Below are positions 36,862 through 45,630 of a stretch of DNA of 52,412 nt, piece by piece. The translations under genes and the position numbers were made by a program. Below the pieces are notes generated by a model. The model was not told the origin of the DNA. It did no database searches and worked only from the letters and a program-made list of their open reading frames with translations. This DNA is from a virus (Duplodnaviria > Caudoviricetes). The stretch's first letter is position 1. Every line of letters begins with the position of its first letter. The stretch is from the IMG/VR virus record IMGVR_UViG_3300025838_000051, positions 1-52,412 of that record; one strand, written 5' to 3'.

Positions 36862-37875
36862 TTGCAGGTTTTGCAAGAATTCATCAAGTTCTTTTGCTGC
36901 TCCAAGATCGACCGTGATTTGATCTTGTCGTTTTTTTGCAGTGTTCTTTACGGTGGCCGACCTGGGGACAGGCCTGGATTTTTGTTTACATCAGAGGAAA
37001 ACGATACCGGAGGTGGCAGGGGCGTTGGAAAATCGACGGTGGTGCTAGCAGCAAGCCAGCTATTCAATGGGCATCTCAGCGCAGATACCAACGAAAAAAA
37101 CTTCGACAGTTTAAAAACCCGTTTGTTAAGCCCGGGTGCCATGAATCGAAGGATTGTTCTTCTGGACAATTGCAAGAGCGACCATTTCAGCAGCGAGGGA
37201 ATGGAATCCCTGATTACCGAAACCACAATTTCGGGCAAGCAGCTTTACTTTGGAAACGGTTCCCGACCAAACACCCTAACCATTGCCCTGACAGCGAACG
37301 GAGCTCGACTGAACAAGGATATGGCCGACCGGATTGTTCCTGTGGTTTTGAGCAGACCCCAATACGACCCTACTTTCAACAAGCGATTTTCGCAGTTTAT
37401 CGAAAAGAACCGTTGGTTCATTATTGCTGACCTGATTCATCTCCTGGAGCAACCTTCCAGGGAAGTGGCCGAACGCTCCCGATGGGCGACTTGGGAACAG
37501 GATGTTTTATCCAAGGCAAGCAATGAGCCGACCAAAGCTATCACCACTATTATCGAACGCCGAGGGAATGTGGATGAGGATCAGGAGCAGTGCGATTTGG
37601 TTGCCGATGCGATACGGCAACAGCTCCGAGACAGACACCATGACCCGGAGATTGAAAAGGTTATCATTCCTACAGAAACATTGGCCAAATGGCTTGAAAG
37701 CATAACCGGCGCGAAAAATGTCATTGCAACGGGAAGAGTTCTTTCCAGACTAAAAATCCCGGAACTGGACAAAGGCCGGAGCAATAAAAAAGATCGACTT
37801 CCCGGCTACGTTTGGTGCGGAAAAAATTGTCCAGCAAACCGAACCATTACTTCATTGAATGTTTTGAATAATTAG
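36862..37875 (+). CDS. P-loop NTPase resembling the helicase half of a primase-helicase; start uncertain, possibly truncated
   Basis: GRGVGKST Walker A, IVLLDN Walker B, LTAN, DMADR; no ATG or clear RBS upstream of the domain. Confidence 0.6.
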   Translation: MQVLQEFIKFFCCSKIDRDLILSFFCSVLYGGRPGDRPGFLFTSEENDTGGGRGVGKSTVVLAASQLFNGHLSADTNEKNFDSLKTRLLSPGAMNRRIVLLDNCKSDHFSSEGMESLITETTISGKQLYFGNGSRPNTLTIALTANGARLNKDMADRIVPVVLSRPQYDPTFNKRFSQFIEKNRWFIIADLIHLLEQPSREVAERSRWATWEQDVLSKASNEPTKAITTIIERRGNVDEDQEQCDLVADAIRQQLRDRHHDPEIEKVIIPTETLAKWLESITGAKNVIATGRVLSRLKIPELDKGRSNKKDRLPGYVWCGKNCPANRTITSLNVLNN

Positions 37876-37990
37876 CCCATGTCAAGGATGACATAGATTT
37901 TTTCCTTTGTATCCCAACGCGCGAAAAAGAAAAAAAATAATTCGGTGATAACAGAAAAATTCATTTTTGATTTTTAGGAAGTAGGCACAA

Positions 37991-38203
37991 ATGAAAAAAT
38001 CCCTGACATCCCTGACATCCCCGCCAGCCGACAATAACCCGCCGGACAAAAGGTGGAAGTTTCTTCTGGAGGTGGAAGACATTTCCCATGAGGGGACAGC
38101 CTGTTCACCAACATTCAACCGACTCCGAATCGTGTTGAAAAACCTTTTACGCGCTCATGGTTTCCGGTGCAATGACATCCGCGAAAAACCAAGCGACACA
38201 TAA
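37991..38203 (+). CDS. small phage protein
   Basis: FLLEVE...RLRIVLKNLLRAHGFRC motif. Confidence 0.55.
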   Translation: MKKSLTSLTSPPADNNPPDKRWKFLLEVEDISHEGTACSPTFNRLRIVLKNLLRAHGFRCNDIREKPSDT

Positions 38204-38287
38204 CAGGAGCCAAAAATGTAGCTTAATCCGGAGTTTTTTAACGCCTTCAAAAAGGTTTTAGCGAAGGCAAGCAGGTGGTAATATTAC

Positions 38288-38366
38288 CACCCGCTACAAG
38301 CTAATGAACAACGTGATCAATTCCAGTCGACTGATAATTATTATCAGTCGACATAAACCAAGGAGT
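38288..38366 (+). repeat. late-gene upstream repeat, copy 1, with 27-bp palindrome
   Basis: CACCCGCTACAAGC plus 42 bp (38325-38366) identical to 44184-44225; palindrome GTCGACTGATAAT-T-ATTATCAGTCGAC at 38326-38352. Confidence 0.9.
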
Positions 38367-38466
38367 TGCGTGGCGTGTTTTTCATTTCAACAAAAATGAT
38401 CAATTTACTATATATTTTGCAAGGTAGGTTTATAATCAAATTATCTGTTGGAGGAGGACTTCAGCC

Positions 38467-38997
38467 GTGCCTACCGGACGACCTACAAAACTTGACGCCA
38501 ATGTGATCGCAGAAATGCGGCGATTGCTTCCGGTGGTCATGTACATTGACAGCGTAGCTGGCTATTTGGGTGTGACACGTGTCACGATCCATTATTGGGT
38601 TAAAAGGGGTCGGGCTGAAGCCCTGAGGCTGGAAAAAGCCAACACAAAGCCGAAAGAATCGGAAGCCCTTTACCTTGAATTTTTTAACACCTATCAAAAA
38701 GCATTGGCTCAAGGTGAGCTGGCAGACTGCCTTGCAATCAAACAGGCGAGCCAAACGGAGTGGCAGGCAGCAGCCTGGCGATTGGAAAGGCGATTTCCAA
38801 AGCGATGGGGCAGAAAGACTCCTGTAGTTGAAATTAACAACCAAACCAATACTACAAAAGTGGACGTGTGGCAGGTCCTGACCAATCAGGCCAGCCAGCC
38901 CAAACAAATCACTGTCGAAGAGGAAATGCAGCTACTTCTGGAGGATAACACGAAAAAAACGGCAGGCAGGAGCGAGCAACAACAACAATCGTCGTGA
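38467..38997 (+). CDS. terS: terminase small subunit
   Basis: GRPTKL N-terminus, HTH VAGYLGVTRVTIHYW, WQAAAWRLERRFPKRWG; GGAGG RBS. Confidence 0.8.
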   Translation: MPTGRPTKLDANVIAEMRRLLPVVMYIDSVAGYLGVTRVTIHYWVKRGRAEALRLEKANTKPKESEALYLEFFNTYQKALAQGELADCLAIKQASQTEWQAAAWRLERRFPKRWGRKTPVVEINNQTNTTKVDVWQVLTNQASQPKQITVEEEMQLLLEDNTKKTAGRSEQQQQSS

Positions 38998-39027
38998 CAT
39001 CCCGCGCTTTATTTTCGCAGGTGCCGT

Positions 39028-39222
39028 ATGACCCAAGCCAATTCCATCGTAGTTGATTGCCCTGTCTGTTTCCGAACAATCTGGTCCAACACAATTTGCC
39101 ATCATGGCCAGATACCACCATTGACGCCACCCACCGCAGAACAAATCCGGCAGCTAAACAAAAAATATGGGCTAAAACACAAAGGGAAGCAAAAGGGAGG
39201 TGGTCATGGTTTGCCCACCTGA
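39028..39222 (+). CDS. small hypothetical protein
   Basis: CPVC motif, 64 aa. Confidence 0.45.
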   Translation: MTQANSIVVDCPVCFRTIWSNTICHHGQIPPLTPPTAEQIRQLNKKYGLKHKGKQKGGGHGLPT

Positions 39223-39418
39223 CCGCCTGCGACGATTGCCGGACCGTGCCTGGCGAAAACGGGTAGCAACCGTGACCTACATCCACAATGGGACCATCTG
39301 GCTTAGCGACTTCTTTGGCACACTAGGGCAATGGGAGCAGTATCAGGATGAATGGGTCCGGCCAATGGGATGGCGGGTGATTGATATTATGTGGCGGGAG
39401 AACCATGGACCTGCGTGA
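39206..39418 (+). CDS. small hypothetical protein
   Basis: GGAGG RBS, overlaps neighbours. Confidence 0.5.
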   Translation: MVCPPDRLRRLPDRAWRKRVATVTYIHNGTIWLSDFFGTLGQWEQYQDEWVRPMGWRVIDIMWRENHGPA

Positions 39419-40028
39419 TATCCTGGCACTGCATCGGTATCGCGATGATCCTATCGGGCTGGCGGAGTCGCTATGGCCACACGCAAGGTTTTACGCCAAG
39501 CAGCGAGAGTGCATTGAATCCGTTCGCGACAACGACGAGACATTCATTGTTGCGGGCAACATGCTTGGCAAAGATTACCAGGCGGGCTTCATCTGCCTAT
39601 GGTTTTTCCTGACTCGCCACCCCTGTCGTATCGTAACCACCAGCGTCAAGGACGACCACCTTCGAGTTCTTTGGGGCGAGATTGGCCGGTTTATTTCCAC
39701 CTGCAAAATCCCACTGGATGAGCGTGAGGGGGGAATCTTGCGAATCAATCACCGCGATATCCGCAAAAGCGTTAACAACAGGAAATGCGACATTTCTTAT
39801 CTGGTTGGAATGGTCAGCAAGTCCGGCGAAGGTATGGCTGGCCATCATGCCGCCAACACACTGGGAGTGATTGATGAGGCTTCTGGTGTAGACGATTTGG
39901 TTTACACGCAAATGGACACCTGGGCCAAAAGGAAGCTGGTTTTCGGTAACCCGATGAACACCACCAATTTTTTCTACCGCGCTGTAAAATCCGGTAACTT
40001 GCAGGAAAAGGAGGCTGTCAATGGTTGA
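39405..40028 (+). CDS. terL: terminase large subunit, N-terminal ATPase part
   Basis: YAKQ, Walker A AGNMLGKD, GHHA, Walker B IDEASGV, FGNP, FFY; ends shortly after. Confidence 0.85.
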   Translation: MDLRDILALHRYRDDPIGLAESLWPHARFYAKQRECIESVRDNDETFIVAGNMLGKDYQAGFICLWFFLTRHPCRIVTTSVKDDHLRVLWGEIGRFISTCKIPLDEREGGILRINHRDIRKSVNNRKCDISYLVGMVSKSGEGMAGHHAANTLGVIDEASGVDDLVYTQMDTWAKRKLVFGNPMNTTNFFYRAVKSGNLQEKEAVNG

Positions 40029-40260
40029 TCAAACTTTGTTGGTGCTGATGCAAGCGGAGCTGGACCAGGGCAATTTCCATGGAGCAGGCGTTTTTCGCAG
40101 GCTGCACAGCGCAATTGCCCAAGTGAAGGGACTGGATGATCCAACCTTCAAGGATTTTCTAGTCACCCCACTGGATTCTCTATGGGACCATCCGGCTTTA
40201 CTTTTAGGGGATTTGAGCTACAGCAATTTTTGGTATTCCCGCAAATTAAACAACGGCTAA
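40021..40260 (+). CDS. 79-aa ORF inserted between the TerL halves
   Basis: Strong AAGGAGG RBS; no terminase-like motifs. Confidence 0.55.
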   Translation: MVDQTLLVLMQAELDQGNFHGAGVFRRLHSAIAQVKGLDDPTFKDFLVTPLDSLWDHPALLLGDLSYSNFWYSRKLNNG

Positions 40261-40266
40261 AAACGT

Positions 40267-41211
40267 ATGGAGTCACCAAAACAACGGTATTACCGCAAGG
40301 TGATCAAAATCTCCGCCACCGATTCGCCCAATGTCCAGCTGGCCTTGGAAGAAAAGCGACGTGGCCTGCCGGTCTCCAATACCATGATACTGCCAGGCGT
40401 CATTGACTGGTACCAATATCAAAAACGGCTGCAAACATGGGACCCGATTCGCAAATGTATTGGCTTGGACGGCGATTTTTACGAGGGTTCGGAGGTTTTG
40501 CTGTTCCCGCCATTGTGGCTTAATCGCGCTGAAGAGGTTGCGGTGGAAAACCGCAAGCGGACACGACACGCGAGGGCCATGGGAGTCGATCCGGCTGAAG
40601 GCGGCGACAGCAGTGTCTGGACAATCGTGGATGAATGGGGAATAATCAAACAGATCAGCATGAAGACCCCCAATACGGCTGTGGTCACCGCTGTCACCAT
40701 TAAACTGATTCATGAGTTTCACGTTTCCCCGGAGCGAGTGATGTTTGATCGCGGCGGCGGCGGAAAGGAACACGCGGACAGGCTGGAATCGCAAGGTTAC
40801 CGCGTGCAATCCATCGGCTTTGGCGAAACTGTGACATTGGCTCCCAAAAGAGGCCTACGACAGATTGACGAAAAAATTGAACTGCTGGAGGAACGCTACG
40901 CCTACAAAAACCGTAGGGCCGAAATGTATGTCGGGCTAAGCATGTTGCTGGATCCTGACATTTCTCCCGGCTTTGGCATTCCTGCAGAATACACGGAATT
41001 GAGACGGCAGTTGGCACCTTTGCCCAAATGGTACGACCCTGAAGGTAGATTGTTTTTGCCACCCAAGAAACGGGCCAGCGGAGAGCGGGAGTCCGACAAG
41101 GTCACCATCGACAAACTGATTGGCTGTTCTCCAGATGAGGCTGACAGCTTGGTATTGGCAGTGTACTCCATGCAGAACAAGCCGCGACGAAACAAGGCAA
41201 CGGCTGTGTGA
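40267..41211 (+). CDS. terL: terminase large subunit, C-terminal lid + RNase H-like nuclease part
   Basis: ISATDSPNV, GDF, MGVDPAEGGD, FDRGGGG, YKNRRAEMY, SPDEADSL. Confidence 0.85.
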   Translation: MESPKQRYYRKVIKISATDSPNVQLALEEKRRGLPVSNTMILPGVIDWYQYQKRLQTWDPIRKCIGLDGDFYEGSEVLLFPPLWLNRAEEVAVENRKRTRHARAMGVDPAEGGDSSVWTIVDEWGIIKQISMKTPNTAVVTAVTIKLIHEFHVSPERVMFDRGGGGKEHADRLESQGYRVQSIGFGETVTLAPKRGLRQIDEKIELLEERYAYKNRRAEMYVGLSMLLDPDISPGFGIPAEYTELRRQLAPLPKWYDPEGRLFLPPKKRASGERESDKVTIDKLIGCSPDEADSLVLAVYSMQNKPRRNKATAV

Positions 41212-41224
41212 AAAAAGGAGCGAT

Positions 41225-41503
41225 ATGAAAGGTACGACAAAAAAACGTCAAACCCATTGTCGTAGGGGCCACCTTTTGACCTCGGACAATGTGTTGTCGT
41301 TCACACCGCGAAACGGGCTGCCCTACAGGACCTGTCGCACATGCAGGACCTTTACCACCCGTCAATGGCACGCCAATCGTCGCAGAGGGCGGGCCTGCCA
41401 CCAATGTGGCGAACATGCCTTGGCATTGGTGGACGACCTATGCCGGGCCTGCAAGGATTATCAGCAAGGAGTTGGTCGCAGACGGGCCAATCTGGTTAAA
41501 TAA
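41225..41503 (+). CDS. small zinc-binding protein (THCxxGH type)
   Basis: THCRRGH...N...RTCRTC plus CHQC...CRAC; AAGGAG RBS. Confidence 0.65.
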   Translation: MKGTTKKRQTHCRRGHLLTSDNVLSFTPRNGLPYRTCRTCRTFTTRQWHANRRRGRACHQCGEHALALVDDLCRACKDYQQGVGRRRANLVK

Positions 41504-41575
41504 ACGGTAAGCAATCGCAATGGTTCCACCCCCGCAGGAGTACGGCTGAACCGCATTCCTTAGAGGACCTGACCG

Positions 41576-43411
41576 ATGCCAACCGAACGCAAGCAGTTGT
41601 CCCTGAACGAGCAGGAATTGAGCAGGCTGGAAAATCTGGTCGCCAATGCCTGGTATTCTCGCGAGCAGTTTTTCACCCGATTCATGGATCCCCGTCGCAA
41701 CATCGACGACGATTGCGGGTACCCCGGACCGGATGAATTGCTGGCCAATTATTATCGGGACCTATACGACCGCAATCCCATTGCGGAACGGGTTGTCCAG
41801 CTTTTTCCCAAGGAATCATGGCAGGTCACCCCGCGCGTTTATGAGTCCGCAAAAAGCAAGATTGAGACGCCTTTTGAAAAGGATCTGGATCAGCTTGGCC
41901 GGAGCCTTTTCAATTCCAATGGCAGCAAGTCTTGGCATGAGGATGAAGTCGGTTGCCTTCTCTGGACCTATTTGCTGAAGGCGGACATCCTTTCCGGGAT
42001 CGGTGTTTACGGCATTATTTTGTTGGGCCTGAATGATGGTCTCCTGCTGGAGCAGCCTGCCTACGGGGCCCCTCCGGATGGCCAAAGGAAGGACATTACC
42101 GGCATCAGCCAAGATCAGTCCAAGGATATTTATGGCGGGAAATTACCGCAGGACTTCGAGAATCCTTTCCCCCAAAAAATCGGCACCGATGCCCAATATT
42201 TCCGGACCCAGTTCACCCCACCTGAAACAACCAAGCGATCGGGCAAGCCGGAATTGATGTTTCTGCGTGCCTTCGATGAATCCCTTGTGCAAGTGGTGCA
42301 ATACGAAGCCAGCTTGGCATCTCCGCGATTTGGCCAGCCGGTCATGTATCAGGTGACCTTGAACGACCCCCGCCAGCCTCATTCCGGAGTCGGCTTACCT
42401 CTGGCAACCGTGCGGGTACATTGGAGCCGGGTAATCCATATCGCGGATAATGGCGACCTCACCAGCGAGATTTTCGCCAAGCCACGCATGAAGCCCGTTT
42501 TAAACAACATCCTTGATCTGCGGAAGCTCTACGGCGGTAGCGCGGAAGGCTATTGGCGAGGAGCTTTCCCGGGCCTGTCGCTGGAAACGGTTCCCCAGTT
42601 GGGTGGCGATGTCGATGTCGATCAGAACGCCATCCGGGACATGATGCACAAATACACCTCGAAACTGGATCGGTTCTTGGTGCTTGTCGGCATGTCCGCC
42701 AAGAGCCTTGCTCCCCAGGTTGTCGACCCGACACCGCAAATTGAAAAGCAGATCGAAGCGATTTGCATCGAACTGGGTTGCCCGGTTCGCGTTTTCAAGG
42801 GAAGTGAAAGGGGCGAGCTGGCCAGCACGCAGGATGATTCGGCTTGGAATGACAGGCTGAAACACCGCCAGCAATTTTATATCACCCCGAAAATCATTGT
42901 CCCTTTCATTGATCGGCTGATCAAACTGGGCATCCTTTCTGAGCCCACCGGCTACAAGGTGGAATGGCCGGATCTGGATAGCAGCACTGACAAGGATAAG
43001 GCAGGAGTCATGCTGCAAAAGACGCAGGCCTATGCGGCTTATGTGGCTGGCAATGTGGAAACCCTGATTCCGCCGCATGAATTCATGACCAAGGTTGACA
43101 ACTTCGATGAGGATACTGCTTCAGCGATCCTGACTGAAGCGGTGGAAGAAAAGGAGGCCAAAGAGCAGGAAGATCAGGACCTGGCGGATGAGCATGGCAT
43201 GATTCCAAAGCCTCCGGAAGGTTTCCAGCACGCACCGCAACCGCCGCAGCCACCAACCCCCAAGATTCCGGGTGTTCCTACGCCAGCCCCCAAGATTCTT
43301 GCACCTGCAACCCCAAAGCCGGTATCGGAGAACAGGAGGCATCTGGAGCAGGAGCTCCAGTTTTTTCGCGATTCGCAACGAGTTCAACGAGGACGCCATC
43401 GTTCGCGATGA
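41576..43411 (+). CDS. portal protein (DUF1073-like)
   Basis: YDRNPIAERVV..P..SW, SPRFGQP..Y, VHWSRVIH, DLRKLYGGSAEGYW, P.RVF.GSERGELASTQD; follows TerL. Confidence 0.9.
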   Translation: MPTERKQLSLNEQELSRLENLVANAWYSREQFFTRFMDPRRNIDDDCGYPGPDELLANYYRDLYDRNPIAERVVQLFPKESWQVTPRVYESAKSKIETPFEKDLDQLGRSLFNSNGSKSWHEDEVGCLLWTYLLKADILSGIGVYGIILLGLNDGLLLEQPAYGAPPDGQRKDITGISQDQSKDIYGGKLPQDFENPFPQKIGTDAQYFRTQFTPPETTKRSGKPELMFLRAFDESLVQVVQYEASLASPRFGQPVMYQVTLNDPRQPHSGVGLPLATVRVHWSRVIHIADNGDLTSEIFAKPRMKPVLNNILDLRKLYGGSAEGYWRGAFPGLSLETVPQLGGDVDVDQNAIRDMMHKYTSKLDRFLVLVGMSAKSLAPQVVDPTPQIEKQIEAICIELGCPVRVFKGSERGELASTQDDSAWNDRLKHRQQFYITPKIIVPFIDRLIKLGILSEPTGYKVEWPDLDSSTDKDKAGVMLQKTQAYAAYVAGNVETLIPPHEFMTKVDNFDEDTASAILTEAVEEKEAKEQEDQDLADEHGMIPKPPEGFQHAPQPPQPPTPKIPGVPTPAPKILAPATPKPVSENRRHLEQELQFFRDSQRVQRGRHRSR

Positions 43412-43949
43412 AAAAGGACGATTCGCTTCGGGAGGTGGCAATCACGATGCTGATAGCTCGCCAAAATCCTTTTATGGGAAAACCAAAGCCGTTTTTTCAG
43501 CGGCAGGAAAAGCCCTTTACAACACCATGCCCAGGTCGGTGCAAAAAGTGGTCGACCTTGGAAATGCCCTGCATCATGCTGCCGACAAGTTCTACGACAC
43601 TAATCAGCGCTTAGCCACGGAGATTGCCAAGCAGCTAGGACACGATGATCGGCATATTGAGCGGGTCGGCAAAATCCTGTCCCGGGTCGATGCAGTCTCC
43701 CGGTGGACAGTAAACGTACCGGGAGCCCATGTCGGCCTGCACGAGCTTGCGGCCATAGGCGGACCTGCTGGCTTGGCTATCTCCAAGGCCGCCTACTACG
43801 TTCCAGTGGCCAGCCTGGCATATGTGGGCTATCAAATGGGCAAGGCAACCGTATCTGGAAAACGAAATCCAGTGGATTTGATTGCCAAAGCCCGGGCAAA
43901 CATCAAGGCCAACGACCGATTCAAACAGGCTTTTGGAAAGGCACACTAA
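43365..43949 (+). CDS. probable +1 frameshift extension of the portal (or a separate gene with no obvious start)
   Basis: Coding-like sequence begins at TTT TTT C (43361-43367); RDEKGRFASGG motif lies upstream of the first ATG. Confidence 0.55.
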   Translation, partial: FAIRNEFNEDAIVRDEKGRFASGGGNHDADSSPKSFYGKTKAVFSAAGKALYNTMPRSVQKVVDLGNALHHAADKFYDTNQRLATEIAKQLGHDDRHIERVGKILSRVDAVSRWTVNVPGAHVGLHELAAIGGPAGLAISKAAYYVPVASLAYVGYQMGKATVSGKRNPVDLIAKARANIKANDRFKQAFGKAH

Positions 43950-44143
43950 TGGCATGGTCCAAAGAAACATTTGCGACAAAACTATCCTTATGGTTTGACA
44001 CTTTGTCCGATGAGGAGGTGGAGCAGGCTGACATGCTTGTAACCGCAGCCTTGGACGAAACCAAGGGAAATTTAAAAATGTCGTTCACAATTGCCAAAGA
44101 CGAATTCCGGGCCTTCAAAAGAAAAAGCAAGGCAAAACAATAG
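43949..44143 (+). CDS. small hypothetical protein
   Basis: TAATG coupling; MAWSKETF..., 64 aa. Confidence 0.55.
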   Translation: MAWSKETFATKLSLWFDTLSDEEVEQADMLVTAALDETKGNLKMSFTIAKDEFRAFKRKSKAKQ

Positions 44144-44148
44144 CTTTG

Positions 44149-44225
44149 CACCCGCTACAAGCCAAAAAAAAGTGGTCAATTATAGTCGACTGATAATTAT
44201 TATCAGTCGACATAAACCAAGGAGT
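44149..44225 (+). repeat. late-gene upstream repeat, copy 2, with 27-bp palindrome and RBS
   Basis: Palindrome 44185-44211; AAGGAG leads to ATG 44229. Confidence 0.9.
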
Positions 44226-44228
44226 CGC

Positions 44229-45254
44229 ATGGCACGTTATTTGAAAACCAAGTCGGCCATGGTGCGGGGAGTAAACAGCAGGCCAACAGGCAAACGTCCG
44301 CCCAATCCATTGCGAGTCGACCCCACCCGGACTGGCGGATTAGTCCGGGTGATGACGTCGCATATTAACAAGCAATTTGCCAGATTGACAGCAGCCATTC
44401 GGCAAAAGATCGAGGTGGAAGACGCGCTGGGGCTGAAGGCGTCAACGGGGCCCGCGCTGATCAATGCGATGGTTGTCCTCAATGATGTCCCTTGGAAGTT
44501 TGGCACGGATCCGCAGAAATTACGGCAATTTCAGGACTGGCTAAGACACCAGGCGGAAGCAACCCTGACCACTGTTGATGAACGACAGCTGTGGGACAAG
44601 TTTGTCCATGACGGTTTTCAGCAAGGGGCAAAACGCAGCTACGACGATTATCGCGGTAAACGGAAGCTGCATGAAACCCTGGATTTTTATCATGGCACGC
44701 GAGAGGAATTCCTTAAAACAGCTTTTGCTCAGCCTGTCGCAATAGAAAAGGTTGAGTTGATTGCCGAACGCACATTCAACGAAATTCAGGGCGTTTCCGA
44801 CACCATGAAGACCCGCATGGGCCGTGTTTTGGCGGAAGGGCTGACACGCGGCGAAAGCCCCCGTACGATGGCTGCCGGACTGATCGAGGAAGGCGAGATC
44901 GGTAAAAAAAGAGCATTGACCATAGCCCGCACGGAGGTCATTCGGGCCCATGCCCAAGGGCAACTGATTGCCCTGAAAAAAATGGGGGTTGAGGAATTAG
45001 GTGTTGCCACGGAATGGAGCACTACGGGAGATGAAAAAGTCTGCGAACTGTGCGAGCCTCTTCAGGGAATTGTCCTTACCCTTGACGAAGCGGAAGGGCT
45101 GATTCCAAGGCATCCCAATTGCCGATGTGCCTGGATTCCCGCAGTGGATGAGGAAGAAGATATGAAACGGAAAAAGAGCGAGATCGATGACGCTCTTGAA
45201 GAGTCGGGGCTGGAAAGCGTGGACATTTCACCAAAACGGCCAAAACTGGGTTAA
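44229..45254 (+). CDS. minor head morphogenesis protein (SPP1 gp7 / Mu F family)
   Basis: DPTRT, RALTIARTEVIRAH, DEKVCELC, IPRHPNCRCAWIP. Confidence 0.9.
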   Translation: MARYLKTKSAMVRGVNSRPTGKRPPNPLRVDPTRTGGLVRVMTSHINKQFARLTAAIRQKIEVEDALGLKASTGPALINAMVVLNDVPWKFGTDPQKLRQFQDWLRHQAEATLTTVDERQLWDKFVHDGFQQGAKRSYDDYRGKRKLHETLDFYHGTREEFLKTAFAQPVAIEKVELIAERTFNEIQGVSDTMKTRMGRVLAEGLTRGESPRTMAAGLIEEGEIGKKRALTIARTEVIRAHAQGQLIALKKMGVEELGVATEWSTTGDEKVCELCEPLQGIVLTLDEAEGLIPRHPNCRCAWIPAVDEEEDMKRKKSEIDDALEESGLESVDISPKRPKLG

Positions 45255-45263
45255 AGGAGATGT

Positions 45264-45518
45264 ATGGCAGAAGTGTTTACTCCTGTTCAGCTGCGAATTC
45301 TGGGCCTTTTGTCGGACGGCTTCAGGCATAGCAAGGTTGAACTCAAACGCGCTGCTGATGACGAATGGATGAGCGATAACGCTTTGGCCGTGCATATCTG
45401 CACGATTCGCAAGGTTTTAAAGCCTCGCGGGCAAGATGTTTTGTGTATCACGGCTTCCGGGGGATACCCCATCACCTACCAACATGTTCGGCTATTGCGG
45501 TCGTCTCACGACAGTTAA
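45264..45518 (+). CDS. small winged-helix DNA-binding protein
   Basis: FTPVQLRILGLLSDG..HSKVEL...NALAVHICTIRKVL. Confidence 0.7.
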   Translation: MAEVFTPVQLRILGLLSDGFRHSKVELKRAADDEWMSDNALAVHICTIRKVLKPRGQDVLCITASGGYPITYQHVRLLRSSHDS

Positions 45519-45547
45519 GACAAGTATTAAAAATTAAACTTCCAACA

Positions 45548-45597
45548 TTGCCATTACTCCCAAAAGGGTTCTAGGATTGAGACTGACAATCAATCCT
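45548..45597 (+). promoter_or_regulatory. candidate capsid-operon promoter with overlapping inverted repeat
   Basis: TTGCCA-18-TAGGAT; AGGATTGA-N9-TCAATCCT at 45573-45597. Confidence 0.4.
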
Positions 45598-45630
45598 TAG
45601 TGCTTCGACAACCCCACCGGCGAGGACACA

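Noticed and set aside
40021-40266. Intein or homing-endonuclease intron in terL
   Set aside because: No intein Cys/Ser start or His-Asn end, no LAGLIDADG/HNH/GIY-YIG motif, no group I core recognisable by eye; an Infernal search is still needed.
41576-43411. Anti-CBASS Acb1 label often attached to DUF1073 proteins
   Set aside because: Position and motifs indicate a portal; no HxT/HxS phosphoesterase pair seen.
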